From the NCBI GenBank assembly GCA_902528805.1, contig CABZUC010000001.1, forward strand, positions 16,908 to 80,907: DNA of 64,000 nt, in the 5' to 3' direction. The translations under genes were made by a program, and so were the position numbers. Shown here piece by piece: positions 28,041 to 38,533 of this stretch. Source of the DNA: an uncultured Alphaproteobacteria bacterium. GTDB lineage: Bacteria; Pseudomonadota; Alphaproteobacteria; HIMB59. Position 1 is the stretch's first letter. Every line of letters starts with the position of its first letter. The notes below the pieces were generated by a model. The model was given only the letters and a program-made list of their open reading frames with translations. It did not search any database and was not told the DNA's origin.

Positions 28041-28487
28041 TTAGAAATCTGAAAACAATTCAGCAAAAATACTCAGATCGACATACTGAATGAATAATTC
28101 ACTTGCTGCTGTTACTCCTTGATCTTGCATAAGTTCTCCCATTGCTAATTCACCCAAAAGCTCAAATGCATAAAATACACTTTCTTCACCCTCATATTTA
28201 ATAGCTTGATTTAATTCATCATTACATTTGTAGGCGAATACATTAGTCATATAATCAGCAACTCTTATATTTGCCATTTCAACGTCCTCTGCTGTCAGGT
28301 TTGACATTTGACTTAACTGAGGATGAAAGGAAATTGTAACATAGATCCATTTCACTAAATCAGTTTTTTCTTGGGCTGTAGTTTTAGTGACTAAACATTT
28401 AGAAAAATCGTCGGTAAATGGTCCAGCAAATGAATTCATATTAAAAGAAATTATAATTACAAAAAAATATGATATGAATTTTTTCAA
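28041..28487 (-). CDS. Secreted hypothetical protein
   Basis: Signal peptide ..SFA|GPFTDD..KCLV..TT, two Cys, helical pattern. Confidence 0.75.
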   Translation of the reverse strand: MKKFISYFFVIIISFNMNSFAGPFTDDFSKCLVTKTTAQEKTDLVKWIYVTISFHPQLSQMSNLTAEDVEMANIRVADYMTNVFAYKCNDELNQAIKYEGEESVFYAFELLGELAMGELMQDQGVTAASELFIQYVDLSIFAELFSDF

Positions 28488-28547
28488 TGATCCATCATAT
28501 CAATTTTTTAGAGATAGTCTTAGTCAATTAATATATAAAATAATATT

Positions 28548-28656
28548 AAAACAGAAAAGGACCTCCGATGTCTCGACCACGTTTTGGTTTCCCTATTCGT
28601 GGCCTCTACTTCTTTGGTCCTTTTCCTCGTTTTGGGAAGTTTCCTACCCTCTACAT
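28548..28656 (-). ncRNA. Candidate ~110-nt structured small RNA
   Basis: GC-rich island in an intergenic gap with hairpin GGGUAG-GAAA-CUUCCC, a long stem GAAAAGGACC/GGUCCUUUUC enclosing GGCCACG/CGUGGUC and GG-GAAA-CC, a U-rich 3' end and an upstream promoter. Confidence 0.65.
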
Positions 28657-28661
28657 TTTTG

Positions 28662-28690
28662 ATGCTACATTAGTAAATTTTTTTTAACAA
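28662..28690 (-). promoter_or_regulatory. Putative sigma70 promoter of the ncRNA candidate
   Basis: TTGTTA-N17-TAGCAT on the minus strand, just upstream of the structured region. Confidence 0.5.
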
Positions 28691-28751
28691 TAATAAAAAT
28701 TAATTATTTACATTTTTCTGTTTATAATATGTGAATAAGTTTTATTTGGTA

Positions 28752-29195
28752 TTAAATACTTGATAACTCTTCAATTACATTTTTAACGTGATCTTTTACT
28801 CTAACATTACTCCAAGTCTTAATAATATTACCTTTTTTATCTATTAGTACTGTTGATCTAATTATTCCATAATATTCCTTACCCAAAAATTTTTTTAGTC
28901 CCCAAGCTTTGTATTTTTTGAGAACTGTTGTTTTTTCATCAGATAATAAATCAAATCTAAGATTATTTTTTTCAATAAATTTTTGATGACTTTCAATTGA
29001 ATCTTTGGAAACACCCACCACTATTGCGTTGAGCTTATTTATGATTTTGAGAGAATTATTGAAATCATTGGCCTCTAGAGAGCATCCAGATGTATTATCT
29101 CTAGGGTAAAAATATAAAATTATATTTTTCCCAAGGTGATCGCGTAGGTGAAATGTTCCAGAAGTACTGGGTAACTTAAAATTAGGAGCTTTCAT
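28752..29195 (-). CDS. bcp: Peroxiredoxin Bcp
   Basis: LYFYPRD.T.GC..EA..F, GVSKD...SH.KF and RST.LID. Confidence 0.93.
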   Translation of the reverse strand: MKAPNFKLPSTSGTFHLRDHLGKNIILYFYPRDNTSGCSLEANDFNNSLKIINKLNAIVVGVSKDSIESHQKFIEKNNLRFDLLSDEKTTVLKKYKAWGLKKFLGKEYYGIIRSTVLIDKKGNIIKTWSNVRVKDHVKNVIEELSSI

Positions 29196-29204
29196 AATTA
29201 AATT

Positions 29205-30398
29205 CTATTTAAAGTTATATTTCTCACATATAAAATCTGCCATAGCAAAAGATGATGTCCATGCTGGAGAAATGGCATTTAGAATATGTATGATATTATT
29301 TTGCTTGATAACTACAAAATCATTAAATAGTTTTTTACTTTTTTTATCAAATATTTGAGATCTGATACCCACTTTACTACTCAATTCAATATTAGAAGGA
29401 TTATGTTTAAAATAAACATTAGATGATTTCCTAACATTGAATAAAAATAAATTTTTGAACTCACTTAATGCTAAATTTCTTAAGTTATTTTCATTAAAAA
29501 ATATTTTTAAAATAAATTTATAACTTAAATTTAAAAACTCTATCAAATTAAATTTATAAAAGGGCTTATAAGCCTCTCTTCCAAATACTGGTGTATTACT
29601 AGGACCTAAATAAAAGTTCCCAGCTTTGTCATATACGGTATGAATTCCCAAAAAAGGATAATCTAGATTAGGTACTGGATATATTAATCTACTAGGAATT
29701 TCATTTTTATCACTAAATTTAATTTTCCAATATTTTCCCTTGAAAGGGAGAGATGTATAATCAGTTTCTAAATTTGCCTTTTTAGCTAAATGGTCAGCGT
29801 GCAAGCCTGCAGAATTAATAATAAAATCAAATTTATTAATATTACCTTTTGTGGTAATAGAAGTATTTTCTGATGATATTTCATCAACTTTAAAGCCATA
29901 TTTTATAATCACATTTCTTTTTTTTAAAATCTCAATTAATTTATTAGATACTTCTTTTGGATCTGCTATGGCAGTATCTTTTATGAAAAGAGCATCTTTG
30001 TATAAAGGATTACAATTTGGTTCTATTCTTGTAATTTCCTCTATACTATTTAGTTTCTGAGCTTCGACCCCCACTACCTTTGATCTTTCATATAATAATT
30101 TCAAAGTTTCAATATCATTTTTTGTTTTAGGGAGTAATAATTTTCCACAATTATTTATATAAAGATTATTATCAACAATAAATTTTTTCATTAATTTGGC
30201 CCCTTTAATACAAAGATTTGATCTTAAAGTATTAGGTTGATAGTAAATTCCTGAATGAATGACACCACTATTTCTTCCAGTTCCATGAGATAGTGAGTCT
30301 TTTTCTTTTTCAAAAATAGTTACTTCTATATTTTTTTCAGTCAAAGTATGCGCAAGTGTTAGGCCTACTATTCCAGAGCCGATAATAGCAACTTTCAT
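29205..30398 (-). CDS. L-2-hydroxyglutarate oxidase family FAD oxidoreductase
   Basis: IIGSGIVG, GRNSGVIHSG.YY, IYPVP...PFLGIH and NA.SPA.TSS. Confidence 0.88.
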   Translation of the reverse strand: MKVAIIGSGIVGLTLAHTLTEKNIEVTIFEKEKDSLSHGTGRNSGVIHSGIYYQPNTLRSNLCIKGAKLMKKFIVDNNLYINNCGKLLLPKTKNDIETLKLLYERSKVVGVEAQKLNSIEEITRIEPNCNPLYKDALFIKDTAIADPKEVSNKLIEILKKRNVIIKYGFKVDEISSENTSITTKGNINKFDFIINSAGLHADHLAKKANLETDYTSLPFKGKYWKIKFSDKNEIPSRLIYPVPNLDYPFLGIHTVYDKAGNFYLGPSNTPVFGREAYKPFYKFNLIEFLNLSYKFILKIFFNENNLRNLALSEFKNLFLFNVRKSSNVYFKHNPSNIELSSKVGIRSQIFDKKSKKLFNDFVVIKQNNIIHILNAISPAWTSSFAMADFICEKYNFK

Positions 30399-30865
30399 TA
30401 TTTTTTTAATTTATCTAAAAGATAAAATTCTATTGGTGAAAATTGATTTTTGTTATTTGATATATAGTCATCAACTAACTTTAACTTGTAATCTTCCATT
30501 TCAATAACTTTGCGGATACTTAAATCCACGTAAAGAGAGCATACTTCTGAGGTAGCTGCTCTAAAATTTCCTCTCTTACTAACAATTTCTAATTGATAAA
30601 CAAATCTTTTCTTGTCACGATCTAAAAATAATAAATTTATATCAACCTCATCGCCCTCTTTAACTTCTTGAATATATTTAGTATGAGACTCTACAGCAAA
30701 TGTTGATCTTTGTTCAGTTTTTGCTGACTCTCCTCCCATTTGAAATTTATCCAGTAGTACGTCCCAGCCTTGATCAAATAGATGAATATAAAAGGCTAAA
30801 TTCATATGACCATTGTAATCTGTCCAATCTGGGATGATTTTTTCTGTTCTAAGGTATATTGCCAT
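30398..30865 (-). CDS. Hotdog-fold thioesterase (4HBT family)
   Basis: W.DYNGHMN..Y..LFD. Confidence 0.9.
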   Translation of the reverse strand: MAIYLRTEKIIPDWTDYNGHMNLAFYIHLFDQGWDVLLDKFQMGGESAKTEQRSTFAVESHTKYIQEVKEGDEVDINLLFLDRDKKRFVYQLEIVSKRGNFRAATSEVCSLYVDLSIRKVIEMEDYKLKLVDDYISNNKNQFSPIEFYLLDKLKK

Positions 30866-30945
30866 TAGTTAATATTATAAAAATTATTAAATATTAACAT
30901 TGAAAAATAAATAAATGATATTTTAAAATATTAAAGGGGGTAAGA

Positions 30946-31887
30946 ATGAGAATAGGCTTTATTGGATTGGGTAATGTAGGAGGAAAACTTGCTAATAACC
31001 TTTTTGAAAATAATTTTCAAATTACAGTTTTAGATAAAAATAATAAATTAATGGATAAGTTTAAATTAAAAGGTGCTGACACAGCTAAATCAATACAAGA
31101 TCTAGTAATTAGCGCAGATATTTTAATAACTTGCCTTCCTTCCCCTAAAATATGTGCAGAAGTTCTAGAGTGTAAAGGGGGTATTATAGACACAATACAA
31201 AAAGATCAAATTTGGATAGAAATGAGCACAACTGAAGATAGTCAGTTAAAAAGACATGCTTCATTAATTCAACAAAAAAATGCAATAGCCTTAGAGGCAC
31301 CTGTAAGTGGAGGTTGTCATAGAGCTGCAACTGGAAATATTTCTATTTTCGTTGGAGGAAGTAGAGAAGGATTTGATAAAGCTATGCCTGTTTTAAGGTA
31401 TCTAGGAAGAAAAATTTTGTATACAGGAGATTTTGGAAGTGCTTCTGTATTGAAAGTTATTACTAATTATTTGGCTACAGTTCACTTGGTAGCGTTAGGT
31501 GAGGCTTGGACTATAGCCAGTAAATCAAATTTAGATTTAGCTAAAACATTTAAAGGCATTGCCGCTTCATCAGGTAACTCATTTGTCCATGAAACTGAAA
31601 GTCAAGTTATATTAAACGGATCTTATAATATAAATTTTACTATGGACTTAGTAGAGAAAGATGTGGGACTATTTCAAAACCTTGCAAATAAACTTGGAGT
31701 TGAATTAGAAATTTCTCCTATTGTTTTAGACATTATCAAAGATGCAAGAAAAACTTTTGGTGATCGTGCTTGGTCCTCTATGGTAGTTAAAAGGCTTGAA
31801 AATAAACACAATATTAAATTTAGAGCTGAGGGATACCCGGAAGAGCTTGAAGATTATGAGGAAAAAAGCCTTGGTTATGAGATATGA
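30946..31887 (+). CDS. 3-hydroxyisobutyrate dehydrogenase-family oxidoreductase
   Basis: GFIGLG.VG, EMST, APVSGG and K...N. Confidence 0.9.
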   Translation: MRIGFIGLGNVGGKLANNLFENNFQITVLDKNNKLMDKFKLKGADTAKSIQDLVISADILITCLPSPKICAEVLECKGGIIDTIQKDQIWIEMSTTEDSQLKRHASLIQQKNAIALEAPVSGGCHRAATGNISIFVGGSREGFDKAMPVLRYLGRKILYTGDFGSASVLKVITNYLATVHLVALGEAWTIASKSNLDLAKTFKGIAASSGNSFVHETESQVILNGSYNINFTMDLVEKDVGLFQNLANKLGVELEISPIVLDIIKDARKTFGDRAWSSMVVKRLENKHNIKFRAEGYPEELEDYEEKSLGYEI

Positions 31888-31916
31888 TAATTTTGGGTAT
31901 TTGATATTATTTATCC

Positions 31917-32762
31917 ATGAATTTTGTAACTGATGTAATTCTTCCCTTAGCCTTAGCTTTTATAATGTTCACTTTAGGATTAGGTTTAACCTTTTCTGAT
32001 TTTGCAAGAGTAGCGAAGACACCTAAGAATTTTATTATAGGACTAATTAGCCAATTAATTTTTCTACCAATTGTTGCTTTAATAATTGTTTTTGCTTGGC
32101 CACTTCAACCTGAATTAGCTATAGGGTTAATACTAATTGCTGCAGCACCAGGAGGTGTAACTTCAAATATTCTTACATCTTTTGCAAAAGGTGATGTTGC
32201 GTTGTCTATATCTTTGACTGCAGTTATGAGTCTTTTAAGTGTTATATCTGTTCCTTTAGTTTTGGGTGTTTCAATGGGATTAATATCTGATAATTCTTTA
32301 GGTTCAGTCTCCTTAACTGGAATTGCTATTAGTATGTTTTTGATAGTGACATTGCCTGTTTTAATTGGAATGACTTTTCGAGCAAGCTTATCATATTTAA
32401 CAAAAAGAATAGAGAAATTTGCTAAAATTCTTTCAACGGCTTTGTTTGTTTTAGTTTTGATTGGGGCTATTTTGGCTGAAAGAGAAAATTTAGTAGTATA
32501 TTTTGCTCAAACTGGACTAGTAGTTCTTATTCTAAATTTAATAATGATGATCATTGCTTTTTATTGGGCAATGATATTTGACACTGGCGCCTCCCAACAA
32601 AAAGCTATTTCTTTAGAGTGTGGTCTTCAAAATGGAACTCTAGCTATTTTTGTTGGCACGAGTGTCTTTGGAGGTGGTCTTTACATTATTCCCGCAGCTA
32701 CTTATAGCGTTATTATGTATTTAACGTCTTTAATATTTATTTACTTTATCAGAAATCGCTAA
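31917..32762 (+). CDS. Bile acid:sodium symporter family transporter
   Basis: MF.LGL.L, APGG.TSN, GDVALS and E.GLQN. Confidence 0.93.
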   Translation: MNFVTDVILPLALAFIMFTLGLGLTFSDFARVAKTPKNFIIGLISQLIFLPIVALIIVFAWPLQPELAIGLILIAAAPGGVTSNILTSFAKGDVALSISLTAVMSLLSVISVPLVLGVSMGLISDNSLGSVSLTGIAISMFLIVTLPVLIGMTFRASLSYLTKRIEKFAKILSTALFVLVLIGAILAERENLVVYFAQTGLVVLILNLIMMIIAFYWAMIFDTGASQQKAISLECGLQNGTLAIFVGTSVFGGGLYIIPAATYSVIMYLTSLIFIYFIRNR

Positions 32763-33166
32763 ATATAAATTTTATCTGCAAGTCCAAAGCAAAGAATAGC
32801 CCATCCAATTGCGAGTCCACCGGTAGATAGGTATCCCTCTCTTGAATATTGATCAGTTCTTCCTAATTTGTCGACTTCACCAGTATAATAAGCTGCGATA
32901 GCTATTATGGTCATTATAATAAACATGAAATTAAAAAATGCCCATGTTGCAGCTGTTCCTCTGAACAAAATATATAATTGCATTAACACTGCACCTAAAA
33001 TTACTGCACCAGCAAATCTTGCAAAAAAGGCAGCTGTCACATCAACACCATATTTGCTTATAAAGTTTTTTGTATTAAACAAACAATTGTAAGCATAAAA
33101 AGCGTTCATGGCCAAAATTATTAAAAATATTACTAAGTAAAATATACCATTAAAATTTTCTAACAT
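32759..33166 (-). CDS. Hypothetical 4-TM membrane protein
   Basis: Hydrophobic helices and a GGAG RBS upstream. Confidence 0.75.
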   Translation of the reverse strand: MLENFNGIFYLVIFLIILAMNAFYAYNCLFNTKNFISKYGVDVTAAFFARFAGAVILGAVLMQLYILFRGTAATWAFFNFMFIIMTIIAIAAYYTGEVDKLGRTDQYSREGYLSTGGLAIGWAILCFGLADKIYI

Positions 33167-33216
33167 ATGAATCTCCTATTATATATTTTATCAGATTTTT
33201 AATTTTATTGTTAATT

Positions 33217-33735
33217 TTAGTAAGAATATGATCCTCTTAAAATTAACACTGACTGGCGCATGCTTGGATCAGAACTGGCTAATTGAGGAAGGGGTTTAAC
33301 TATTGTAATTCCATCTCCAGAGAAATTTTTATATTTACCTGTACCTCCAACAAATTTACCTTTTTTAATTCCATCAGGTGCAGGAAAAACTGAATCTATG
33401 TGAAAAAAAATAAACTCTCCATCTTCACTATCCGCTAAAGCAATTTTGCATGTCGCTTTTTCAGTGCCTTTGCCAGCAACCATAGAAATACTACCAACAC
33501 AATGGTGAGAAGAATTATTAAAGATAGAAGATGATCCTTCAACATCTACAGCAACAACCATACCATCATAATTTGCTGTAAAACCTTGTTGAGGAGATCC
33601 ATTTGAGGAAGCTGATCCTGTAAAATATGCTTTCAAATCATAACTGCCTGAATGTCCTTCAGCTAAAAGATAATTAGTTGGTAATAATAATGTTGATACT
33701 AATATAAATAGTTTTAATAATTGTTTCATTGACAC
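33217..33735 (-). CDS. Secreted hypothetical protein (small beta-barrel-like)
   Basis: Signal peptide ..LLA|EGH, a Cys pair, GGTGKY...SG.G and an AGGAG RBS. Confidence 0.75.
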   Translation of the reverse strand: MSMKQLLKLFILVSTLLLPTNYLLAEGHSGSYDLKAYFTGSASSNGSPQQGFTANYDGMVVAVDVEGSSSIFNNSSHHCVGSISMVAGKGTEKATCKIALADSEDGEFIFFHIDSVFPAPDGIKKGKFVGGTGKYKNFSGDGITIVKPLPQLASSDPSMRQSVLILRGSYSY

Positions 33736-33904
33736 TCCTTTTGTTTATTAAATTATAAGTTAGGTATTTTTAAACAAATGATTTTTTTAATTAAATTAAT
33801 AAATTATTTTCATAATTATTAATCTTTTTATAAGCCAAAATTTAATTTTAATTTAATGACTATGAATTATTAATTTTTTATGACATGAATGTTAAAATAA
33901 ATTT

Positions 33905-34540
33905 ATGATCGAACTCGATATATTTTCAGATACAGTTTGCCCTTGGTGTTACATTGGTAAGAAACGACTAGAAAAAGCAATAAATAATCATAAAAATTTA
34001 GAGTTTAAACAAACATGGAGACCTTTTCAGTTGAATCCTGGGATGCCACCGGACGGAATGGATAGACAGGAGTATCTAATTTCTAAATTTGGTAGTGCCG
34101 ATGCAGCAAAAACGATCTATGACAATATCTATGATGAAGGGCTTGTAGAGGGAATTAACTTTAACTTTGATTCTATTCAAACAACTCCAAATTCATTTAA
34201 TTCCCATAGGCTGTTAGCTTTAGCATATAAACAAGGTATTCAAGAAAATGTCTTAGATAGTTTATTTGAGTCTTATTTTTTAAATGGTGAAGATATAGGT
34301 GATCCTAATATATTGTTGGATATTGCGATTAAACATCAAATTGATGCTGAGGATTTTAAAACTTATTTATCAGATCAAGAAAATATTGAGCCTTTAGCAA
34401 ATGAAGAAATAGAAGCAAGAAAAATGGGTATTAATAGTGTACCGACCTTTATAGTTAACAAACAAATAGTTATCAATGGTGCTCAAACATCAGAAAATTT
34501 CGATATTATTTTTAAAAAACTCAAAAATAATATTAATTAA
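33905..34540 (+). CDS. DsbA/FrnE family oxidoreductase
   Basis: SD.VCPWCYIG, PFQLNP and GI.SVPTF. Confidence 0.93.
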   Translation: MIELDIFSDTVCPWCYIGKKRLEKAINNHKNLEFKQTWRPFQLNPGMPPDGMDRQEYLISKFGSADAAKTIYDNIYDEGLVEGINFNFDSIQTTPNSFNSHRLLALAYKQGIQENVLDSLFESYFLNGEDIGDPNILLDIAIKHQIDAEDFKTYLSDQENIEPLANEEIEARKMGINSVPTFIVNKQIVINGAQTSENFDIIFKKLKNNIN

Positions 34541-34581
34541 AAATAATTAGTAGTAGTGCTTTTTTTCTATATATTTTTTAA

Positions 34582-35364
34582 ATGCCTTTAAAACTCAAAG
34601 ATATATCTTCATATCTAAGTTTTGCAAAAAAACTCTCAAATACTTCAGAGGAGATTTTGAAAAAGACACCTTCTAATCGTATTAAAATAAATTTTAAATC
34701 AGATAAATCACCAGTTACCAAAATAGATATGGCAATTGAGAGAAAATTACGCTCGATGATTAATAAAAGATTTCCTAATCATGGAATATTTGGAGAGGAA
34801 TACAAAAATAAAACAAATAACTCTCCATTCTTATGGGTAATTGACCCAATAGATGGTACTAAAAATTTCATTAATGGAAATAATAATTTTGGGACATTAA
34901 TTTCTTTATGTATAGATTACACACCTGTTATTGGAATAATTAACTGTCCTGAAATTAAAAAAACTTGGATTGGAATAAGAGATAACGGTGCCTATTGTAA
35001 TGGAAAAAAAATAAAGAAATCTTCAAACAATTTACCTTTATCGAAACTTTATTTTAGTAGCTCTGGTATGACCGCTTTCAAATCAAATAATAAAAATAAA
35101 AAATATAATACTTTGATTAAAAAAACTAAATATGCAACCTTTGGTGGTGACTGTGTACAGTACGGACTCTTAGCTGAAAAAAGAATACCGTTAGTAGTAG
35201 AGTCTTTTTTAAAACCTTATGACTATATTCCTTTAATAAATATTGTTGAAGAAAGTGGAGGAATAATAAGTGATTGGAAAGGTAATCCTTTAAATTTCAA
35301 ATCAAATGGTGATGTGGTGGCTTCTATATCAAAAAAAGCTCATCAACAATTTATAAAGATTTAA
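34582..35364 (+). CDS. hisN: Inositol monophosphatase family protein, probable histidinol-phosphatase
   Basis: SPVT..D, GEE, WVIDPIDGT.NF, GGDC..Y and PYD. Confidence 0.75.
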   Translation: MPLKLKDISSYLSFAKKLSNTSEEILKKTPSNRIKINFKSDKSPVTKIDMAIERKLRSMINKRFPNHGIFGEEYKNKTNNSPFLWVIDPIDGTKNFINGNNNFGTLISLCIDYTPVIGIINCPEIKKTWIGIRDNGAYCNGKKIKKSSNNLPLSKLYFSSSGMTAFKSNNKNKKYNTLIKKTKYATFGGDCVQYGLLAEKRIPLVVESFLKPYDYIPLINIVEESGGIISDWKGNPLNFKSNGDVVASISKKAHQQFIKI

Positions 35365-36506
35365 TATTGTCCTGTAATACAATTTGAAATGAGTTCTTTA
35401 AATTTTTCCTCGCTCATCTCTAGTGGGTTAGCTCCTGTGCTTGGATCTTCTTGAGCTAATGGTGCTAATTTCACTTCATCCCCGTTGTTTACACCCATAT
35501 CTTTAAGGGTTTCAGGTATCTGCATTTCTTTTTTTAGTTCAATAATCCAATCAACAATACCTTCAAAGCCATTTTTAATATCTAAAAAGTTTGCCAATCT
35601 TATAAATTTTTCTTCAATTGTGCTGCGGTTATAGTTCAATACAAAAGGCATAACTGTTCCATTTGTGGTTCCATGGTGAGTATTATATAGAGAGTTAACT
35701 GGATGAGTAATCGAGTGAATAGCTCCTAAACCTTTTTGAAACGCAGCTGCACCCATCATCGATGCAACTAACATATGAGCTCTTGCTTCAATGTTGTTTC
35801 CGTTATGATAAACTTCTTGAATGTTTTCTTTGACCAACCTTAGTCCCTCTAAAGCTGTTCCTTCTGCCATAGGGTGATAAAAAGGAGAGGAATATGCTTC
35901 TATACAATGAGCTAAAGCATCCATCCCTGTTCCTGCAGTAATATTTTTTGGTAAATTGACAGTAAGAAGTGGGTCTAAAATAGCAATTTCAGGGAGCATT
36001 TTAGGATGAAATATAATCTTCTTCTTTAAGTTTTCCTCATTAAGAAATACTGAAGCTCTTCCTACTTCTGAACCTGTACCTGCGGTTGTTGGTACTGCTA
36101 TAATAGGTTTAATTACATTTGAGTCAGCTCTTGTCCACCAATCACCTATGTCTTCAAAATCCCATAGAGGGCGTGTCTGATGAGCCATAAAAGCAATCCC
36201 TTTTCCAGTGTCCATACCTGATCCTCCACCTATAGCTATAACTCCATCGTGATTACCCTCATTAAAAATTTTAACACCATTAATGACATTGGAGCCAGTA
36301 GGATTACCTTGTACTTCAGAATAGATGTTTGTCTTTTGTTTTAAATCTGAGTTAATTTGTTCAATTATTGAAGTTTGTAGTAGGCCTGGATCGGTGACTA
36401 TGAGAGGGTTGATTATTTTGAGATGATCGCAAGCGTTTTGAATTTCCTTAGATCGATTTTCTCCAAACCAAACCGTTGTAGGATAGTTCCAATTCATACT
36501 ATTCAT
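35361..36506 (-). CDS. Iron-containing alcohol dehydrogenase
   Basis: GGGS..D, PTTAGTGSE, DALAHC.E and HHG. Start moved to MNSMNWNYP. Confidence 0.93.
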   Translation of the reverse strand: MNSMNWNYPTTVWFGENRSKEIQNACDHLKIINPLIVTDPGLLQTSIIEQINSDLKQKTNIYSEVQGNPTGSNVINGVKIFNEGNHDGVIAIGGGSGMDTGKGIAFMAHQTRPLWDFEDIGDWWTRADSNVIKPIIAVPTTAGTGSEVGRASVFLNEENLKKKIIFHPKMLPEIAILDPLLTVNLPKNITAGTGMDALAHCIEAYSSPFYHPMAEGTALEGLRLVKENIQEVYHNGNNIEARAHMLVASMMGAAAFQKGLGAIHSITHPVNSLYNTHHGTTNGTVMPFVLNYNRSTIEEKFIRLANFLDIKNGFEGIVDWIIELKKEMQIPETLKDMGVNNGDEVKLAPLAQEDPSTGANPLEMSEEKFKELISNCITGQY

Positions 36507-36516
36507 TTTTGTAGTT

Positions 36517-37908
36517 TTAAATAACCTTTCTAATGTGAAAACTTTGCGGTCTTGTAAATTGATCAAAAGCGAGTGTAGACAATGAGCAGCCAATACCTGT
36601 ATCTTTTACACCCGTCCATGCGAGGGCAGGATCTAAATAATCACACCTATTCATAAAAAAAGTTCCTGTTTCAATTGATTTACCAAAATCTTTTGCGAAT
36701 TCAATATCTTTTGTCCATACAGATGCTGTTAAACCATAAGGGCTATCATTCATCAAATTTTTTGCTTCCTCTTCGTCATTCACAGGCATTATTCCGACAG
36801 CAGGACCGAAGGTCTCCTCCATCATAAATCTCATATCATGATTTACATCAACCATGACTTGGGGGCAGACATAACAGTTATCTTCTTTAGATATTGTAAA
36901 TTTACTCTCATCTACAAGACGTTTTGCTCCTTCGCTCTCTGCATCTTTCATTTGGGTTCTTATAAAATCTGCAGCTGATTGTCTTACCACGGGGCCTAAG
37001 TTAGTGTCTGATTTTGAAGGGTCATTCAAATTATAATTTTCAGTAATACTTTTGAAGCCATCAATAAATTCTTTATAAATTTTTTTATCAACATAGATTC
37101 TTTCAATTCCACAACAAGACTGTCCAGAATTAAATAGAGCCCCATCTGCTAGATTTTCAATAGCATGATTTATATCTGCATCTGCCCTGACATAGGCAGG
37201 ATCTTTTCCTCCTAATTCAAGACCTGCGTTAATAAATCGTGTGCCTATGTATTTTTTTACCTCCTGACCTCCTCTAACAGACCCTGTAAAAACAATATGA
37301 GCAATTCTAGAGTCTGAAATTATTTTTTCACATGCTTTGTGATCTGTATGAATAAATTGAAAAACACCATCAGGAATTCCAGTATTTTCAAAAGCATTAA
37401 AAATTAATTCTGCACATCTAGGTGTTTGGGATGAGTGTTTCAAAATTAGACTATTGCCTGAAATTATTGCTGGAACAATTGTATTTGTTGCAGTGATAAT
37501 TGGGTAGTTCCAAGGTGCCATAACAAATATTATTCCAAGAGGAGATTTGTAGATGTAATTGTCAAATTCATCATTTTGAGTTGCAGGAAGATTTTGCAAA
37601 GACTCTTTTGCAATGTTTACCATATGTCTTGAGCGCTCCTCAAAACCTCTAAGTTCACCTGCACATTGAGATATAGGTCTACCTATCTGCCAACAAATTT
37701 CTTTGGATATTTCATCTTTAAGATCAATTAAGTTATCAATGAATTTATTTACAATGCTAATTCGATCGTCAATTGAAGTTTTTTTCCAAATTTTAAAACC
37801 GGTTGATCCCTTTTCAATAACTGAATTTATTTGAATATCAGAGGCTAATTCTCTCTCTAGATAAACAGTATTATTTATGGGTGTAATAGTTTTTTGAATA
37901 CTCATCAA
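36517..37908 (-). CDS. Aldehyde dehydrogenase
   Basis: PWNYP, FTGS, LELGGKDP, GQSCC and EETFGP. Confidence 0.95.
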   Translation of the reverse strand: MMSIQKTITPINNTVYLERELASDIQINSVIEKGSTGFKIWKKTSIDDRISIVNKFIDNLIDLKDEISKEICWQIGRPISQCAGELRGFEERSRHMVNIAKESLQNLPATQNDEFDNYIYKSPLGIIFVMAPWNYPIITATNTIVPAIISGNSLILKHSSQTPRCAELIFNAFENTGIPDGVFQFIHTDHKACEKIISDSRIAHIVFTGSVRGGQEVKKYIGTRFINAGLELGGKDPAYVRADADINHAIENLADGALFNSGQSCCGIERIYVDKKIYKEFIDGFKSITENYNLNDPSKSDTNLGPVVRQSAADFIRTQMKDAESEGAKRLVDESKFTISKEDNCYVCPQVMVDVNHDMRFMMEETFGPAVGIMPVNDEEEAKNLMNDSPYGLTASVWTKDIEFAKDFGKSIETGTFFMNRCDYLDPALAWTGVKDTGIGCSLSTLAFDQFTRPQSFHIRKVI

Positions 37909-37967
37909 TCCTCCAATTGATATGTATTATAATGTATTTAAATAGTTCCTGAAGAGGTTTTATTTTC

Positions 37968-37991
37968 TCACGGCCAATTGAATGACCGTGA
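37968..37991 (-). terminator. Stem-loop downstream of the 38009-38440 gene
   Basis: TCACGGTCA-ttcaat-TGGCCGTGA on the minus strand; no good U-tail. Confidence 0.4.
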
Positions 37992-38008
37992 AAGATTATT
38001 TTAATTTC

Positions 38009-38440
38009 CTAACGATTCATCTTAGCTATGACTTCTCCTGGAAAAGCAATAGCGATAGCATACTGATATATTAGCGATCTAAACTCTTGTACATCCTCCC
38101 AAGTCTCAGAATTTTGTCCATGAAGCTGTAAGCCAACCGGAGTTTGATAATGCTCGCTTAAAAAATAAATGACATTATCAGTAACACCTTTTGAGGGGTC
38201 AGTTATATCTACTGGCTCAAAACCTTTAACAATAGAATAAGAGTTTAACCTATCATCACCGGATAATGAGTGTTTATCATGCATAAACTGATGATGGCTT
38301 TGTAAGATTGCTTCCACTTTCTCTACATCTGCAGAGGGGACTTTTAAAGTTAATGCAAAAGAGTCTGGCTGCATATGGCCATTTGCAAAAGCAAATGATG
38401 AAAAAATCGAAAAAATTAATGTAATAAAAATTTTCTTCAT
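38009..38440 (-). CDS. Secreted hypothetical protein
   Basis: Signal peptide ..AFA|NGH and several His residues. Confidence 0.75.
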   Translation of the reverse strand: MKKIFITLIFSIFSSFAFANGHMQPDSFALTLKVPSADVEKVEAILQSHHQFMHDKHSLSGDDRLNSYSIVKGFEPVDITDPSKGVTDNVIYFLSEHYQTPVGLQLHGQNSETWEDVQEFRSLIYQYAIAIAFPGEVIAKMNR

Positions 38441-38533
38441 TGTGTACCTTTCTATAAATAAATTAATTTTAAAATTAATTTGAAATTTATTTTTATACTT
38501 GTTGAAGATTTATTAAATTATTTTATTAGCAAG

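Noticed and set aside
28387-28662. 91-aa + strand ORF from the ORF track
   Set aside because: It overlaps a real minus-strand gene and reads through the structured RNA candidate, with no protein-like features.
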